Of a stretch of 64,000 bases of DNA, positions 1 through 8,545 are shown one piece after another. Each line of letters starts with the position of its first letter. The first letter of the stretch is position 1. The DNA comes from Candidatus Poribacteria bacterium (GTDB lineage: Bacteria > Poribacteria > WGA-4E > WGA-3G). Under the pieces are notes generated by a model, which ran no database searches, was not told the origin of the DNA, and saw only the letters and a list, made by a program, of their open reading frames with translations. The translations under genes and the position numbers were made by a program. The DNA lies in contig OZ244048.1 in NCBI GenBank assembly GCA_965215265.1, positions 3,904,001 through 3,968,000 on the forward strand, written 5' to 3'.

Positions 1-1016
1 CCCCACAGAATATCGCCGCGGCTGCCGATACGACGGCTGAAGAACAGATCATACGGTGTCTCAAAAAAACTGTTCCCCTCAACGAAAAAAGGACGTTTTT
101 CAGCAAATCGCGTTGGAAATCGCGTCAGGTTAATCTCCAGTTGATCTGCTTCAACTTGTGCAAAATCCGGGTTTACGGTAAGATTTGCCTTCAATGCACT
201 CGTTAAATTGTGTTGGAAATCCAATCCGGTCCCGAATTCGGATGTTAGGGTACCATCTGATCCTCCGGCCCCGCCGCCCAAAAGGTAAGGTGTGAGCTCA
301 AAATTTTTCCCTGTCTCAATCTCAGAAATGCCCATCAGGTGCCCTAAATCGGACATGCGTGTTACCACACCGGCTTGGGTTAACTGCTTCCAGACTGTTA
401 CTTCGCTTTTCCGACGGTTCACTCTTTCAACATCAAACCCCCACGTTTGGGTAGGCTTGTCAACAAAACGGAAATTGGCAAACGGAATTTTAAATTCCAC
501 CGTCCAGCCGGATGCATCAATGGCTGCCTCTACCCACCAAACGCCTTTCCAATTGCTATCACGTTGAGTATCCTCATAGCGGTAGTTATCACTCTGCACC
601 CCACCGGGGTTCGTGGCAAATTTATAGCCAGTCCGATGGTCATGGTGGGGGTCTATGAAGAAAGAGATGACATCCGAGGCATAGACATCACCGCGCCGCG
701 TCATCCGATTGACGATCTTCTCAGGCTCAGCGTCGTAGCATCGGAAAGCAAGATAGAGGTTACGCGTGTCGTAGGCAATACGACATTCGGTGTCATCTGT
801 GGCAGGTTGACCTCGGGAAGGCTCCAGTTGAACGAAACCGCTAATCGGTTTGGCATGTTGCCAGACAATATCGTCAAGTTTACCATCAATATGCGGCGGG
901 GTACTCTCAATACGGTAGGCTTCAATCACATGCTCACCGCTGCCTTCTTGATGTGCAAACGGAGACATAGAAGATAAAAGAGATAGTAATATGGAAATGG
1001 TTAGGCGTTTTAGCAT
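1..1016 (-). CDS. CBM9-like/DUF5916 domain secreted protein, 5' part (runs off the window start)
   Basis: Not in the ORF track; translated by hand from ATG 1016: MLKRLTISILLSLLS...PPHIDGKLDDIVW...GWTVEFKIPF...NPDFAQVEADQLEINLTRF. Same motifs as 15364..17517. Confidence 0.85.
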   Translation of the reverse strand, partial: MLKRLTISILLSLLSSMSPFAHQEGSGEHVIEAYRIESTPPHIDGKLDDIVWQHAKPISGFVQLEPSRGQPATDDTECRIAYDTRNLYLAFRCYDAEPEKIVNRMTRRGDVYASDVISFFIDPHHDHRTGYKFATNPGGVQSDNYRYEDTQRDSNWKGVWWVEAAIDASGWTVEFKIPFANFRFVDKPTQTWGFDVERVNRRKSEVTVWKQLTQAGVVTRMSDLGHLMGISEIETGKNFELTPYLLGGGAGGSDGTLTSEFGTGLDFQHNLTSALKANLTVNPDFAQVEADQLEINLTRFPTRFAEKRPFFVEGNSFFETPYDLFFSRRIGSRGDILW

Positions 1017-1480
1017 GCTGTTAATTATTATGAACGTGATACTGCTCCCTAAACTGTAGGCGTAATCTGCTCATCGCGATATACCCGGCGGCATGCCATG
1101 CGTGTATTCCCACCTCAATGTGCAGAGCCAAATGTTTGTAGTAGTTTTTTATGAGGATTTTTCGTTAAACAGTGGGACGACGGGGTGCTTCCTAACCCGT
1201 GGCCTATCGCATTTGAGCCCTTTTGCAATAAAGTATCACGTAAGTCGCAAAAAATATCAAGAAAAATCAGAATATTTTTTCTGCTTATAGAGGTGGATGC
1301 TTTGAAAAAACAGTCTCCGCTCTCTAATAGCGTATAACCACGCACATTTTAACGCCCTCGAAAAAAGTCAACCAAAATCTGTTGCTTTTTTATTCAGAAA
1401 ACGTTAAATTCTTTAAACGAAATGTAGGATGGATATTGTACGGATTGGAAATATTGCCATGATGATGCAAGGAGAAATTC

Positions 1481-2284
1481 ATGATTGAATTGACGCACGA
1501 AGAAATCGAATTTTTCAAAAATGAAGGTTATTTGGTAAAACGGAACGTCCTTGACCCGGAACTGATGGAGCAAGCACGCACAAGACTCTGGGACGGTGCG
1601 CCGGAAGGTAGATGTCGGGAAAATCCAGAGACATGGGTGGGGCCTTTCAAACCGGAAGAAGAGAACGAGGCATCTGAAAACAAGCGGAAGGGGTTCCGGT
1701 GGAACTTTCGTGAGCCGGGTGGCGAAGAGTGGATGGTGCGGCTCCTCGCCACGGATGCGAACGTTTGGCGGATGGCGGAACAGTTTTTAGGAGAGGACAA
1801 TCTCGTGATACCAGAACGAGTACGTGGTATTTACTGCACTTTGCCGTACGGAGATGTCCCCAAAAAATCGATTGGCTGTCATGTGGACGCACATCCGTTC
1901 CACCTCGGTGTCGTCGGTTACATTGACGATGTCCCGCCTGAAGGCGGCGGGTTTACTGTCTGGCCGGGGAGCCACCGTACATTCTATTACGATTACTACT
2001 CGCAATATAAGAACGAACCGAAACCGGAGTATGACACGGACCGGGAGCGCATTAGCCGTCAACCGGGCATCGAATGCCACGGGAATGCCGGCGATATCGT
2101 TTTCTGGCATCACCGTATCGGCCATGCTGCAGGGCATAACTACTCGCGCCAGATTCGGCAAGCCGTGTTATACGATTTTAGGAAGACAGAGCTCGCACAG
2201 ACCCAGGAGGAACCCCCCAACGATGATATGTGGCGTGATTGGCCCGGTATTAAAGCGTTGGATAACGGCGGCCCGCTTGCTTAG
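1481..2284 (+). CDS. Phytanoyl-CoA dioxygenase (PhyH) family Fe(II)/2OG oxygenase
   Basis: FFKNEGYLV N-terminus, HVD iron motif, GGFTVWPGSH, AGDIVFWHHRIGH; AGGAG RBS. Confidence 0.85.
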   Translation: MIELTHEEIEFFKNEGYLVKRNVLDPELMEQARTRLWDGAPEGRCRENPETWVGPFKPEEENEASENKRKGFRWNFREPGGEEWMVRLLATDANVWRMAEQFLGEDNLVIPERVRGIYCTLPYGDVPKKSIGCHVDAHPFHLGVVGYIDDVPPEGGGFTVWPGSHRTFYYDYYSQYKNEPKPEYDTDRERISRQPGIECHGNAGDIVFWHHRIGHAAGHNYSRQIRQAVLYDFRKTELAQTQEEPPNDDMWRDWPGIKALDNGGPLA

Positions 2285-2300
2285 CGTGGATGAGCTCTCT

Positions 2301-3122
2301 TTACCGGAGTTGCAACTCTTCTAATGTCGCTTCCATCATATCGTACGCAATTCGCGCCTTTTCCATTCGCATCTGCGGGAACGTTTCAACCGAGATGTAC
2401 TTATCGTAACCGACTCTTCCCAAGCTCTCAGCAAAGGTTCGGAAATCTAATTCGTCTCCTGCTTCACCGGGAATCAGGAAGGTGCTATACGGGTACATCC
2501 CTGTCACACCTTTGACGTGGCAATGCGCAGTTAGATGTCCCAATTTCTCCGTTACCTCAGCGATGTCTTCACCGAGATGATAGAAATTGGTGATGTCGTT
2601 GAGAACCCTGAGTGCATCGGAACCTACGTGTTCAATCAACAGAGCGACTTTGCATGCAGCGTCTATTGTTGTAGCTTCATGATTATGGATATTCATCGTA
2701 ATGCCGAGCTCCCCGGCACGACGACATATCGGCTTCAGCACGTCAACCAGAAGTCGCCAGGCGAACGCGTCCCCTTTGTCCGCGCCATAACCGGTAAGGA
2801 AATTAACACCACTCGCTTCAAGCACAACTGCCACATCTTGTAGTAAGGCATAGTGTTCAACGGCGTGCTGCTTGTTCTCCAGTGCAAGTTGATACAACCC
2901 TTTCCCGGTAAACGGATTGATGACGGAAACCTTCAAACCGTGGTCTCCGGTCATTGCCTTAACTTGTTTAAGCAAATTATCGGTAATATCCCCAGATGGG
3001 ATATGTGCCTCCGGCCCGCACATCATTTCAATCGCATCGTAACCCACCTCAGCGAGGATGCGGATAACCTGCTTAAGGGGCAGCTCTTTCATCCCGCCTG
3101 CGTGGTAAGAAATTCCTATCAT
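2301..3122 (-). CDS. Sugar phosphate isomerase/epimerase (xylose isomerase-like TIM barrel)
   Basis: GYDAIEM, NIHNHE, DITNF, HCHVKG, ISVET motifs; GGAGG RBS. Confidence 0.85.
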   Translation of the reverse strand: MIGISYHAGGMKELPLKQVIRILAEVGYDAIEMMCGPEAHIPSGDITDNLLKQVKAMTGDHGLKVSVINPFTGKGLYQLALENKQHAVEHYALLQDVAVVLEASGVNFLTGYGADKGDAFAWRLLVDVLKPICRRAGELGITMNIHNHEATTIDAACKVALLIEHVGSDALRVLNDITNFYHLGEDIAEVTEKLGHLTAHCHVKGVTGMYPYSTFLIPGEAGDELDFRTFAESLGRVGYDKYISVETFPQMRMEKARIAYDMMEATLEELQLR

Positions 3123-3407
3123 GTGTCAGTCCCTCCTTCATGCACTATAGCGTTCTATTCACTCTTTTAAACATCAGTTTCACTATAATACTTGCAGACT
3201 TGCTTTGATGAAGATTAATATCTTAATTCACGACTCGTGCGCTTATTGTAGCGAGTTTTCCGATTCGGTTTTCTCATGTCAACCGCCTGGGGTCCTCTTC
3301 TTCACCGTCTTTAACATTAATAAAGATGGACAAAACCCCTTAATTTATGTTAAACTATTATCGTGCAAAAATCAAGTTTTAGTGAAAAATAAGATTGGAG
3401 GCAAATC

Positions 3408-4514
3408 TTGCGCCAGAATCAAGCAGATGTAGTTATCATTGGCGGAGGGATTATCGGTTGCGCAATCGCGTATAATCTCGCCAAGCATCAAGTCAACACG
3501 CTCGTGATTGAAAAAGCAGCACAAGTTGGCCAGGAAGCCTCGTGGGCAGGCGCGGGGATTTTAACCTCACATGCGTCAACTGATGCACCGTATCCAACGC
3601 TCTGCCGTGCCAGCCTTGCCTTGTACCCATCACTCGCGGACGAACTTAAGGCAGAAACGCAGATCGATGTTGAATTGATTCGTGCCGGCACACTGTCTGT
3701 GTTCTTTAATTCTGCAGAAGCCACAAGAATTATCGGCTTAGCAGAGCGCCGCATTAACCGCGGATTTTCTGCGGAAGTTTTGACTCCAGAACAGGCATGG
3801 CACTTAGAACCGGCACTCTCAACGTCTATTGCCGGCGCTGTCCTATTTCCTGAAGATGCCCAGGTACGCAACCCAAAACTTGTCACGGCCCTGGCGAAAG
3901 CGGCACTGAAGCGAGGCGCACGTTTTAAACTCGGCAATCCTGTTACAGGATTCATCCGAAAAAACAAGCGTGTTGTCGCCACCGTTGTCAACGGGGAAAC
4001 CGTATACGCGGACACATTTGTCATTGCCGCCGGGTGTTGGACAGCGCAGCTGACAGAATTGCTTGACGCTACTATGCAAATCTTGCCTGCAAAAGGCCAG
4101 ATAGTGCTTGTTGAGACAGGGCCACCACTATTTCAGCGTACGATTGATGGACTCGGCATCTATCTCGTACCACGCGCCGATGGGAAACTTCTACTTGGTG
4201 CCACGGTCGAATTTGTTGGTTATGACAAAAGTCCGACAGTAGATGGCATCAAGGAGATGATTGATGCAGGAATTCAAATCGCGCCGGGAATCGCAAGCAG
4301 CACCTTTGTCCAAACGTGGGCAGGTTTACGTCCTTATACCAAGAACGGACCGCGACTCGGATATTTGCCCGGGTATGACAATGTGGTGCTGGCATCTGGA
4401 CATTACAAAAATGGAATTCTGCTTGCTCCGATTACGGGACAACTTATCGCAGAGTTATTAACAACAGGCACACCTTCTCTTTCACTGGATACATTTCAAC
4501 CGGCCCAGCCGTAG
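3408..4514 (+). CDS. thiO: Glycine oxidase ThiO (FAD-dependent DAO family)
   Basis: GGGIIG FAD motif, ASWAGAGIL, KGQI, WAGLRP, GHYKNGILLAPITG; TTG start after GGAGG. Confidence 0.8.
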   Translation: MRQNQADVVIIGGGIIGCAIAYNLAKHQVNTLVIEKAAQVGQEASWAGAGILTSHASTDAPYPTLCRASLALYPSLADELKAETQIDVELIRAGTLSVFFNSAEATRIIGLAERRINRGFSAEVLTPEQAWHLEPALSTSIAGAVLFPEDAQVRNPKLVTALAKAALKRGARFKLGNPVTGFIRKNKRVVATVVNGETVYADTFVIAAGCWTAQLTELLDATMQILPAKGQIVLVETGPPLFQRTIDGLGIYLVPRADGKLLLGATVEFVGYDKSPTVDGIKEMIDAGIQIAPGIASSTFVQTWAGLRPYTKNGPRLGYLPGYDNVVLASGHYKNGILLAPITGQLIAELLTTGTPSLSLDTFQPAQP

Positions 4515-4709
4515 GCGGGGTTTTTCTGAACCCCTATTTAGGCTGCCCCTGATGGCACTCAAAGTTGTTGTCTTGCCATCCATTAAATCAACAAAGAAAG
4601 TGTCCAGGTCTTTTTAGGTTCCCTATAACCATCACCAGTCATTTTAAATGAATTCTTTTTTGAGATTCGGATTAAAGTATTTAAGTTATTTTTTTTGTAG
4701 GATAGAAAC

Positions 4710-4728
4710 AGGGGTATTAGATACCCCT
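4710..4728. promoter_or_regulatory. Inverted repeat AGGGGTAT-tag-ATACCCCT, candidate operator upstream of the small ORF/ECF sigma unit
   Basis: Perfect 8-bp inverted repeat in AT-rich intergenic DNA about 35 bp before the ATG at 4763. Confidence 0.4.
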
Positions 4729-4762
4729 ATCTGACGATATACTTTAGAAAGGAGATTACATA

Positions 4763-5008
4763 ATGCGTCAGGACATTCAAGTTCTCATTGAGGCAATGCA
4801 TCACGTGTGGGATAATAATTCGCGCCTACGGAGAGCGGTATGCAGGATATACGGCTATCGGAAGGAACATGCGTTCGGAAACAGCCGAGGCGCGCGATGT
4901 TTGGACAATAACGCAATCATGGAAAAGGTATCTATTTTTAGGAGTGAACGAGCAGGCCCCTACTACAAGCACAGTGGAAAGGAGGTAGAGTGGCTCGCCT
5001 TCGCTTGA
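4763..5008 (+). CDS. Small hypothetical protein (possibly a degraded gene)
   Basis: Strong AAAGGAG RBS before the ATG; no recognisable motif. Confidence 0.35.
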   Translation: MRQDIQVLIEAMHHVWDNNSRLRRAVCRIYGYRKEHAFGNSRGARCLDNNAIMEKVSIFRSERAGPYYKHSGKEVEWLAFA

Positions 5009-5032
5009 ACACTCCTTTCTGAGGAGACAAGC

Positions 5033-5626
5033 ATGCAGCAAACTGACGAACAGTTGATGCTCTCTGTCAAAGATGGAGATGGAGACGCATTCCAAACTTT
5101 AACGGAACGACACTATTCACAGACTTTAAATTTTATCTATCGGTTTGTTAAAGACCGGCCGCTCGCGGAAGATCTCTGTCAGGAGACGTTTCTTCGGCTC
5201 TGGCGCAGTGCTCCAAGGTACCGCCCGATTGCCAAATTCCGCACGTTTCTCTATCATATTGCCAAGAACGTCTGTTTCAAACAGCTGGCGAAAGAACAGC
5301 GAACACCCTACATGGAATCCTTGGATGTGCTCGCTAATAGAGATAGAGATGATGAAAACCATCAACCGCTTGCAGTCGCGATCTCAGATACACATTACTC
5401 ACCTGAAGCAATTCTGATTGCTCAAGAAACCCGGGAGATGATTCAAGCTGCAATCGAGAAACTGTCAAAAGAACACCAAATGGTGTTCCAGTTAACAGAA
5501 CTTCACGGGTTATCTTATCAAGAAGTCGCTGATATTGTTCAATGTCCTATCGGTACTGTGGCTTCGCGAAAAAACGCCGCGATTCGACAGCTCCGTAAAT
5601 TTTTGGCACCATATAGAGAAATATAA
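5033..5626 (+). CDS. ECF-type RNA polymerase sigma-70 factor
   Basis: AEDLCQETFLRLW (region 2), FRTFLYHIAKN, GLSYQEVADIVQCPIGTVASR (region 4). Confidence 0.92.
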   Translation: MQQTDEQLMLSVKDGDGDAFQTLTERHYSQTLNFIYRFVKDRPLAEDLCQETFLRLWRSAPRYRPIAKFRTFLYHIAKNVCFKQLAKEQRTPYMESLDVLANRDRDDENHQPLAVAISDTHYSPEAILIAQETREMIQAAIEKLSKEHQMVFQLTELHGLSYQEVADIVQCPIGTVASRKNAAIRQLRKFLAPYREI

Positions 5627-5723
5627 CATCCGCTTCAGAAGCCTTTAGAACAGGTTGTAAAACGCATGTTACTTTCTTGACTATGGGTTCCCAGGGCATT
5701 GTTCTGGATAAAGGCTTTTCTCT

Positions 5724-5768
5724 ACACCCTGGTTCGTGAATCGCGCGCCAGGGTGTTTTTCTTTTTTC
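5724..5768 (+). terminator. Probable intrinsic terminator after the ECF sigma gene
   Basis: ACACCCTGG...CCAGGGTGT stem followed by TTTTCTTTTTT. Confidence 0.55.
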
Positions 5769-5771
5769 AAG

Positions 5772-5951
5772 ATGGAAGCACTCGGAGAAATAAACTGCAC
5801 CCCCGAGGAAAAAGCCAGTGTTGAAAAAATACTCGCCCTTATGAAAGACGGTCACAGCTGGAAAGTCGGCAGATTACTCATTAACGAAGAAGAATATCCT
5901 GGCATTATCGGAGCCATAGAGTTTATTTGTGAAGTACCAGATTCAAACTAA
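5772..5951 (+). CDS. Small acidic hypothetical protein A (paralogue of 5971..6189)
   Basis: MEALGEINCTPEEKASVEKILALMKDGHSWK aligns with MDALEQLDLTPEKKAEVQKILGLLLEGAGWK; no clear RBS, possibly 5'-truncated. Confidence 0.55.
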   Translation: MEALGEINCTPEEKASVEKILALMKDGHSWKVGRLLINEEEYPGIIGAIEFICEVPDSN

Positions 5952-5970
5952 CTAAAAAAGGAGCCCTACA

Positions 5971-6189
5971 ATGGTTTATGTCACATACACAGAAGGAATG
6001 GATGCACTCGAACAATTAGATCTCACCCCCGAGAAAAAAGCCGAAGTTCAAAAAATCCTCGGTCTTCTTTTAGAAGGTGCTGGCTGGAAAGCCGTCAGAA
6101 ACATACTGGCTGATCAGGAAAAATTTCCTAACATCCTCAAAGCCATAGAAGTCTACTCTGCTACTACTGCAAATGATATCTACTACTAA
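5971..6189 (+). CDS. Small acidic hypothetical protein B
   Basis: AAAAGGAG RBS; paralogous to the upstream ORF. Confidence 0.7.
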   Translation: MVYVTYTEGMDALEQLDLTPEKKAEVQKILGLLLEGAGWKAVRNILADQEKFPNILKAIEVYSATTANDIYY

Positions 6190-6257
6190 TTATGGCTATT
6201 CAGAGCCATAGCCATAAGATACACAGCAATTAAGACTCGAACTACCAGAGGCGACAA

Positions 6258-6380
6258 GTGCTGGCAAGCCAAACAAGTTTGGCACGCCAAGCAATAAAAG
6301 CTGTCCGTAGTGAACTCAGAAAAATCCACACACACAAAAACGAATGTCTAAAACTTCTGGACTACTTAATCCCTGAATAA
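6258..6380 (+). CDS. Possible 40-aa microprotein (MLASQTSLARQAIKAVRSELRKIHTHKNECLKLLDYLIPE)
   Basis: GTG start 6 nt after GAGG; amphipathic helix pattern; stop lies right before repeat unit 1; below the ORF-track cutoff. Confidence 0.35.
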   Translation: MLASQTSLARQAIKAVRSELRKIHTHKNECLKLLDYLIPE

Positions 6381-6381
6381 A

Positions 6382-6442
6382 CCAACCGCCTGCTGCAGCA
6401 CAAACCTGCAGCAGGCCAAACAAACTAGGAGAATCAAAAATG
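6382..6442 (+). repeat. Hairpin+RBS leader unit, copy 1
   Basis: CCAACC..CCTGCTGCAG-cacaaac-CTGCAGCAGG-CC...AACTAGGAGAAT-caaaa-ATG. Confidence 0.85.
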
Positions 6443-6667
6443 ACTGAAGAAATGACAAACAACGATGAAACCTTCGAAACCTTGGATCAAATCCTTACAG
6501 ACATTGTATATGCCGGACGCAACATGGAAAGAATAATAGAAGAATACCATCCCAAAAAATTAGACCCTGCCAAGATAAAAGCAGTGATAATACATCTGAA
6601 TAAAGCCTCTTCTCTCCTACGAGAGAAGATAAAACCACTCCTATCTGAAGAAGATAGGGATTGGTAA
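6440..6667 (+). CDS. Small hypothetical protein C
   Basis: TAGGAGA RBS; DIVYAGRNMERII..LDPAKIKAVIIHLNKA..LRE shared with the C-terminus of ORF D. Confidence 0.75.
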   Translation: MTEEMTNNDETFETLDQILTDIVYAGRNMERIIEEYHPKKLDPAKIKAVIIHLNKASSLLREKIKPLLSEEDRDW

Positions 6668-6669
6668 GG

Positions 6670-6733
6670 CCAACCAAACCTGCTGCAGCACACACTGCAG
6701 CAGGCCCAACTACAACTAGGAGAATAAAAAATG
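6670..6733 (+). repeat. Hairpin+RBS leader unit, copy 2
   Basis: CCAACC..CCTGCTGCAG-cacaca-CTGCAGCAGG-CC...AACTAGGAGAAT-aaaaa-ATG. Confidence 0.85.
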
Positions 6734-7144
6734 AAATTCAAATTTTACAGCTCAAACACACAATCTTTTTTAGATTGTGACATCTCCGAAGAAACGGAAA
6801 CCCTCCTCAAAAACCTAATAACCCCAGACACTATTAGAATTTTTAAAAAGCCTGTAAACGCCTACCTCAGACTCAATGAGTTTGAAGAAACCCTCTTCGA
6901 ACTCCTAGAATATAGAAAGCGTGACAACGGATATACATTCTATGTCAGGGAAAAAACCCTGAAAAGTCAAGATGAAATCCTCAAAACCTTGAAAAACATC
7001 GATATAGACATTGGATATGCCGGACACAACCTGCAAAGAATAATGGTTCAATATTACAACGTTAAATTCTTAGACCCTGCCAAGATAGAAGCAGTGACAA
7101 TACATCTGAATAGGGCTTTAATTAGACTCCGAGAGTTCATCTAA
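6731..7144 (+). CDS. Hypothetical protein D (extra N-terminal domain plus ORF-C-like C-terminal domain)
   Basis: TAGGAGA RBS; DIGYAGHNLQRIM..LDPAKIEAVTIHLNRA..LRE. Confidence 0.75.
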   Translation: MKFKFYSSNTQSFLDCDISEETETLLKNLITPDTIRIFKKPVNAYLRLNEFEETLFELLEYRKRDNGYTFYVREKTLKSQDEILKTLKNIDIDIGYAGHNLQRIMVQYYNVKFLDPAKIEAVTIHLNRALIRLREFI

Positions 7145-7153
7145 TCCAATACA

Positions 7154-7189
7154 GCATAGGAAAGCAAACTGCTTTCCTATGCCCCTTTT
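7154..7189 (+). terminator. Stem-loop terminator closing the small-ORF cluster
   Basis: GCATAGGAAAGCA-aac-TGCTTTCCTATGC perfect 13-bp stem, then CCCTTTT. Confidence 0.65.
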
Positions 7190-7196
7190 CAAAAAT

Positions 7197-7259
7197 GTGG
7201 CAGGGTAAGGTATTCTTTTCTCTCCTGAAAGGAGAGAAAGATTACCTTTTCCCTGCCAC
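7197..7259. repeat. 63-bp imperfect palindromic element (relative at 21597..21657)
   Basis: GTGGCAGGG..AAGGTA.TCTTT.CTCTCC-tgaaa-GGAGAGAAAGATTACCTT..CCCTGCCAC; its reverse complement aligns with 21599..21656. Confidence 0.8.
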
Positions 7260-7622
7260 CCTGCGGGTGCCGTTTCGACGATCACCGCTTAATAGACACA
7301 CTCCACCACTACTGCTTAAAAATTAAGCAAAAACAAGGGTGGTCACGTTTAGGTCACGTTTTTTATGTGACTGCACAAACCTAATGGCCATCAAGCCGCA
7401 GTACTCTGCGATGACAACTATGAAATCCTCCGGTGGTCACTTGGTAATCATTGGCAAATTGAGGATTCCAAGACAAAATCAGAAAATATATATACAGTTA
7501 CCGTTTTACAGACTCACGCCTTTCACCAACCGTTTTGGACCCATACTTTTGCTTAAACGCTTTAATTTTAACTTGATATTTCCAAGTGAATGCGGTATCC
7601 TATTTTTAGCGAAGCAGAAATA

Positions 7623-8489
7623 ATGCCAAGGCTTGAGGTAAAACGGATGCGTGAAGCGCAGGTGGTCCAAAAAACGGAAGTTCCCGCTACAATAGAATCT
7701 TTGCAACACGAACTCAGCGCACTTGGCCTGAAAGACGGCATGACTTTATTGGTTCATTCGTCATTGCGGGCAATTGGCTGGGTATCCGGTGGTGCAGTCG
7801 CCGTTATCCTGGCACTTCAAGAGACGCTGGGCAGCACAGGAACACTTGTGATGCCTGCATATTCAACGGACTTGAGTGAGCCGAGCAAATGGGAGAATCC
7901 GCCTGTCCCGGAATCGTGGTGGCCGCTCATACGCGAAACTATGCCCGCCTACGATGCTGCGCTCACACCAACGCGTTCAATGGGACTGATTGCAGAGACG
8001 TTCCGAAAGCAGAAAAACGTCCTGCGCACGACCCATCCACAAAACTCATTTTGTGCATCTGGCCCAAAAGCCGGGCATATTATAGAGAATCACTCCTTGG
8101 AATTTGGCTTAGGGGAACAGTCACCGCTTGCCAGAATCTATGAGCTGCACGGTTCTGTTTTGTTACTCGGTGTAGGGCATGCACGGAATACCTCGATGCA
8201 TCTCTCCGAATATCGGGCGAACTTTTCAACCAAACGCATTATCCAGGATGCCGCACCAATTTTTCGGAACGGCTCAAGGGTATGGAAAGTCTTTGAAGAA
8301 ATCAACCTGGATAGCTCAGATTTTGAACACATCGGCGCGGATTTCCTACGTGCAGAGGCAGGACAGGCAGCTCGACACGGCAAGGTCGGACTCGCGAATT
8401 GTCAACTTATACCCCAACGAGATATCGTCGACTTTGCAACTGATTGGATGCAAAAAAATCGAATCAAATCTGCTAAGGATTGCGAATAG
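7623..8489 (+). CDS. AAC(3) family N-acetyltransferase (YokD-like)
   Basis: LLVHSSLRAIGWVSGG, GTLVMP, HPQNSFCASG, SPLARIYE, LLGVGHARNTSMHLSE; exact start uncertain. Confidence 0.9.
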   Translation: MPRLEVKRMREAQVVQKTEVPATIESLQHELSALGLKDGMTLLVHSSLRAIGWVSGGAVAVILALQETLGSTGTLVMPAYSTDLSEPSKWENPPVPESWWPLIRETMPAYDAALTPTRSMGLIAETFRKQKNVLRTTHPQNSFCASGPKAGHIIENHSLEFGLGEQSPLARIYELHGSVLLLGVGHARNTSMHLSEYRANFSTKRIIQDAAPIFRNGSRVWKVFEEINLDSSDFEHIGADFLRAEAGQAARHGKVGLANCQLIPQRDIVDFATDWMQKNRIKSAKDCE

Positions 8490-8545
8490 AGATGTATACA
8501 CGGCCGTGAAAAATTGATAGTCAGGCACGATGGAAGACAAGCAAT

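Noticed and set aside
292-977. Plus-strand ORFs of 91 and 176 aa
   Set aside because: They are antisense shadows of the minus-strand CBM9/DUF5916 gene.
3200-3407. TPP riboswitch upstream of thiO
   Set aside because: No CTGAGA or other conserved TPP aptamer core is visible.
6382-6733. Hairpin units as integron attC sites or CRISPR repeats
   Set aside because: No RYYYAAC/GTTRRRY boxes, no integrase in the window, and the spacing is gene-sized.
7613-7629. Minus-strand TTGGCATTATTTCTGCT, possible sigma-54 site
   Set aside because: The -12 element is imperfect, it overlaps the AAC(3) start, and there is no minus-strand gene downstream.
7623-8489. AAC(3) as an acquired aminoglycoside resistance gene
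   Set aside because: It resembles the widespread chromosomal YokD-like subfamily; the substrate cannot be inferred and there is no integron or IS context.
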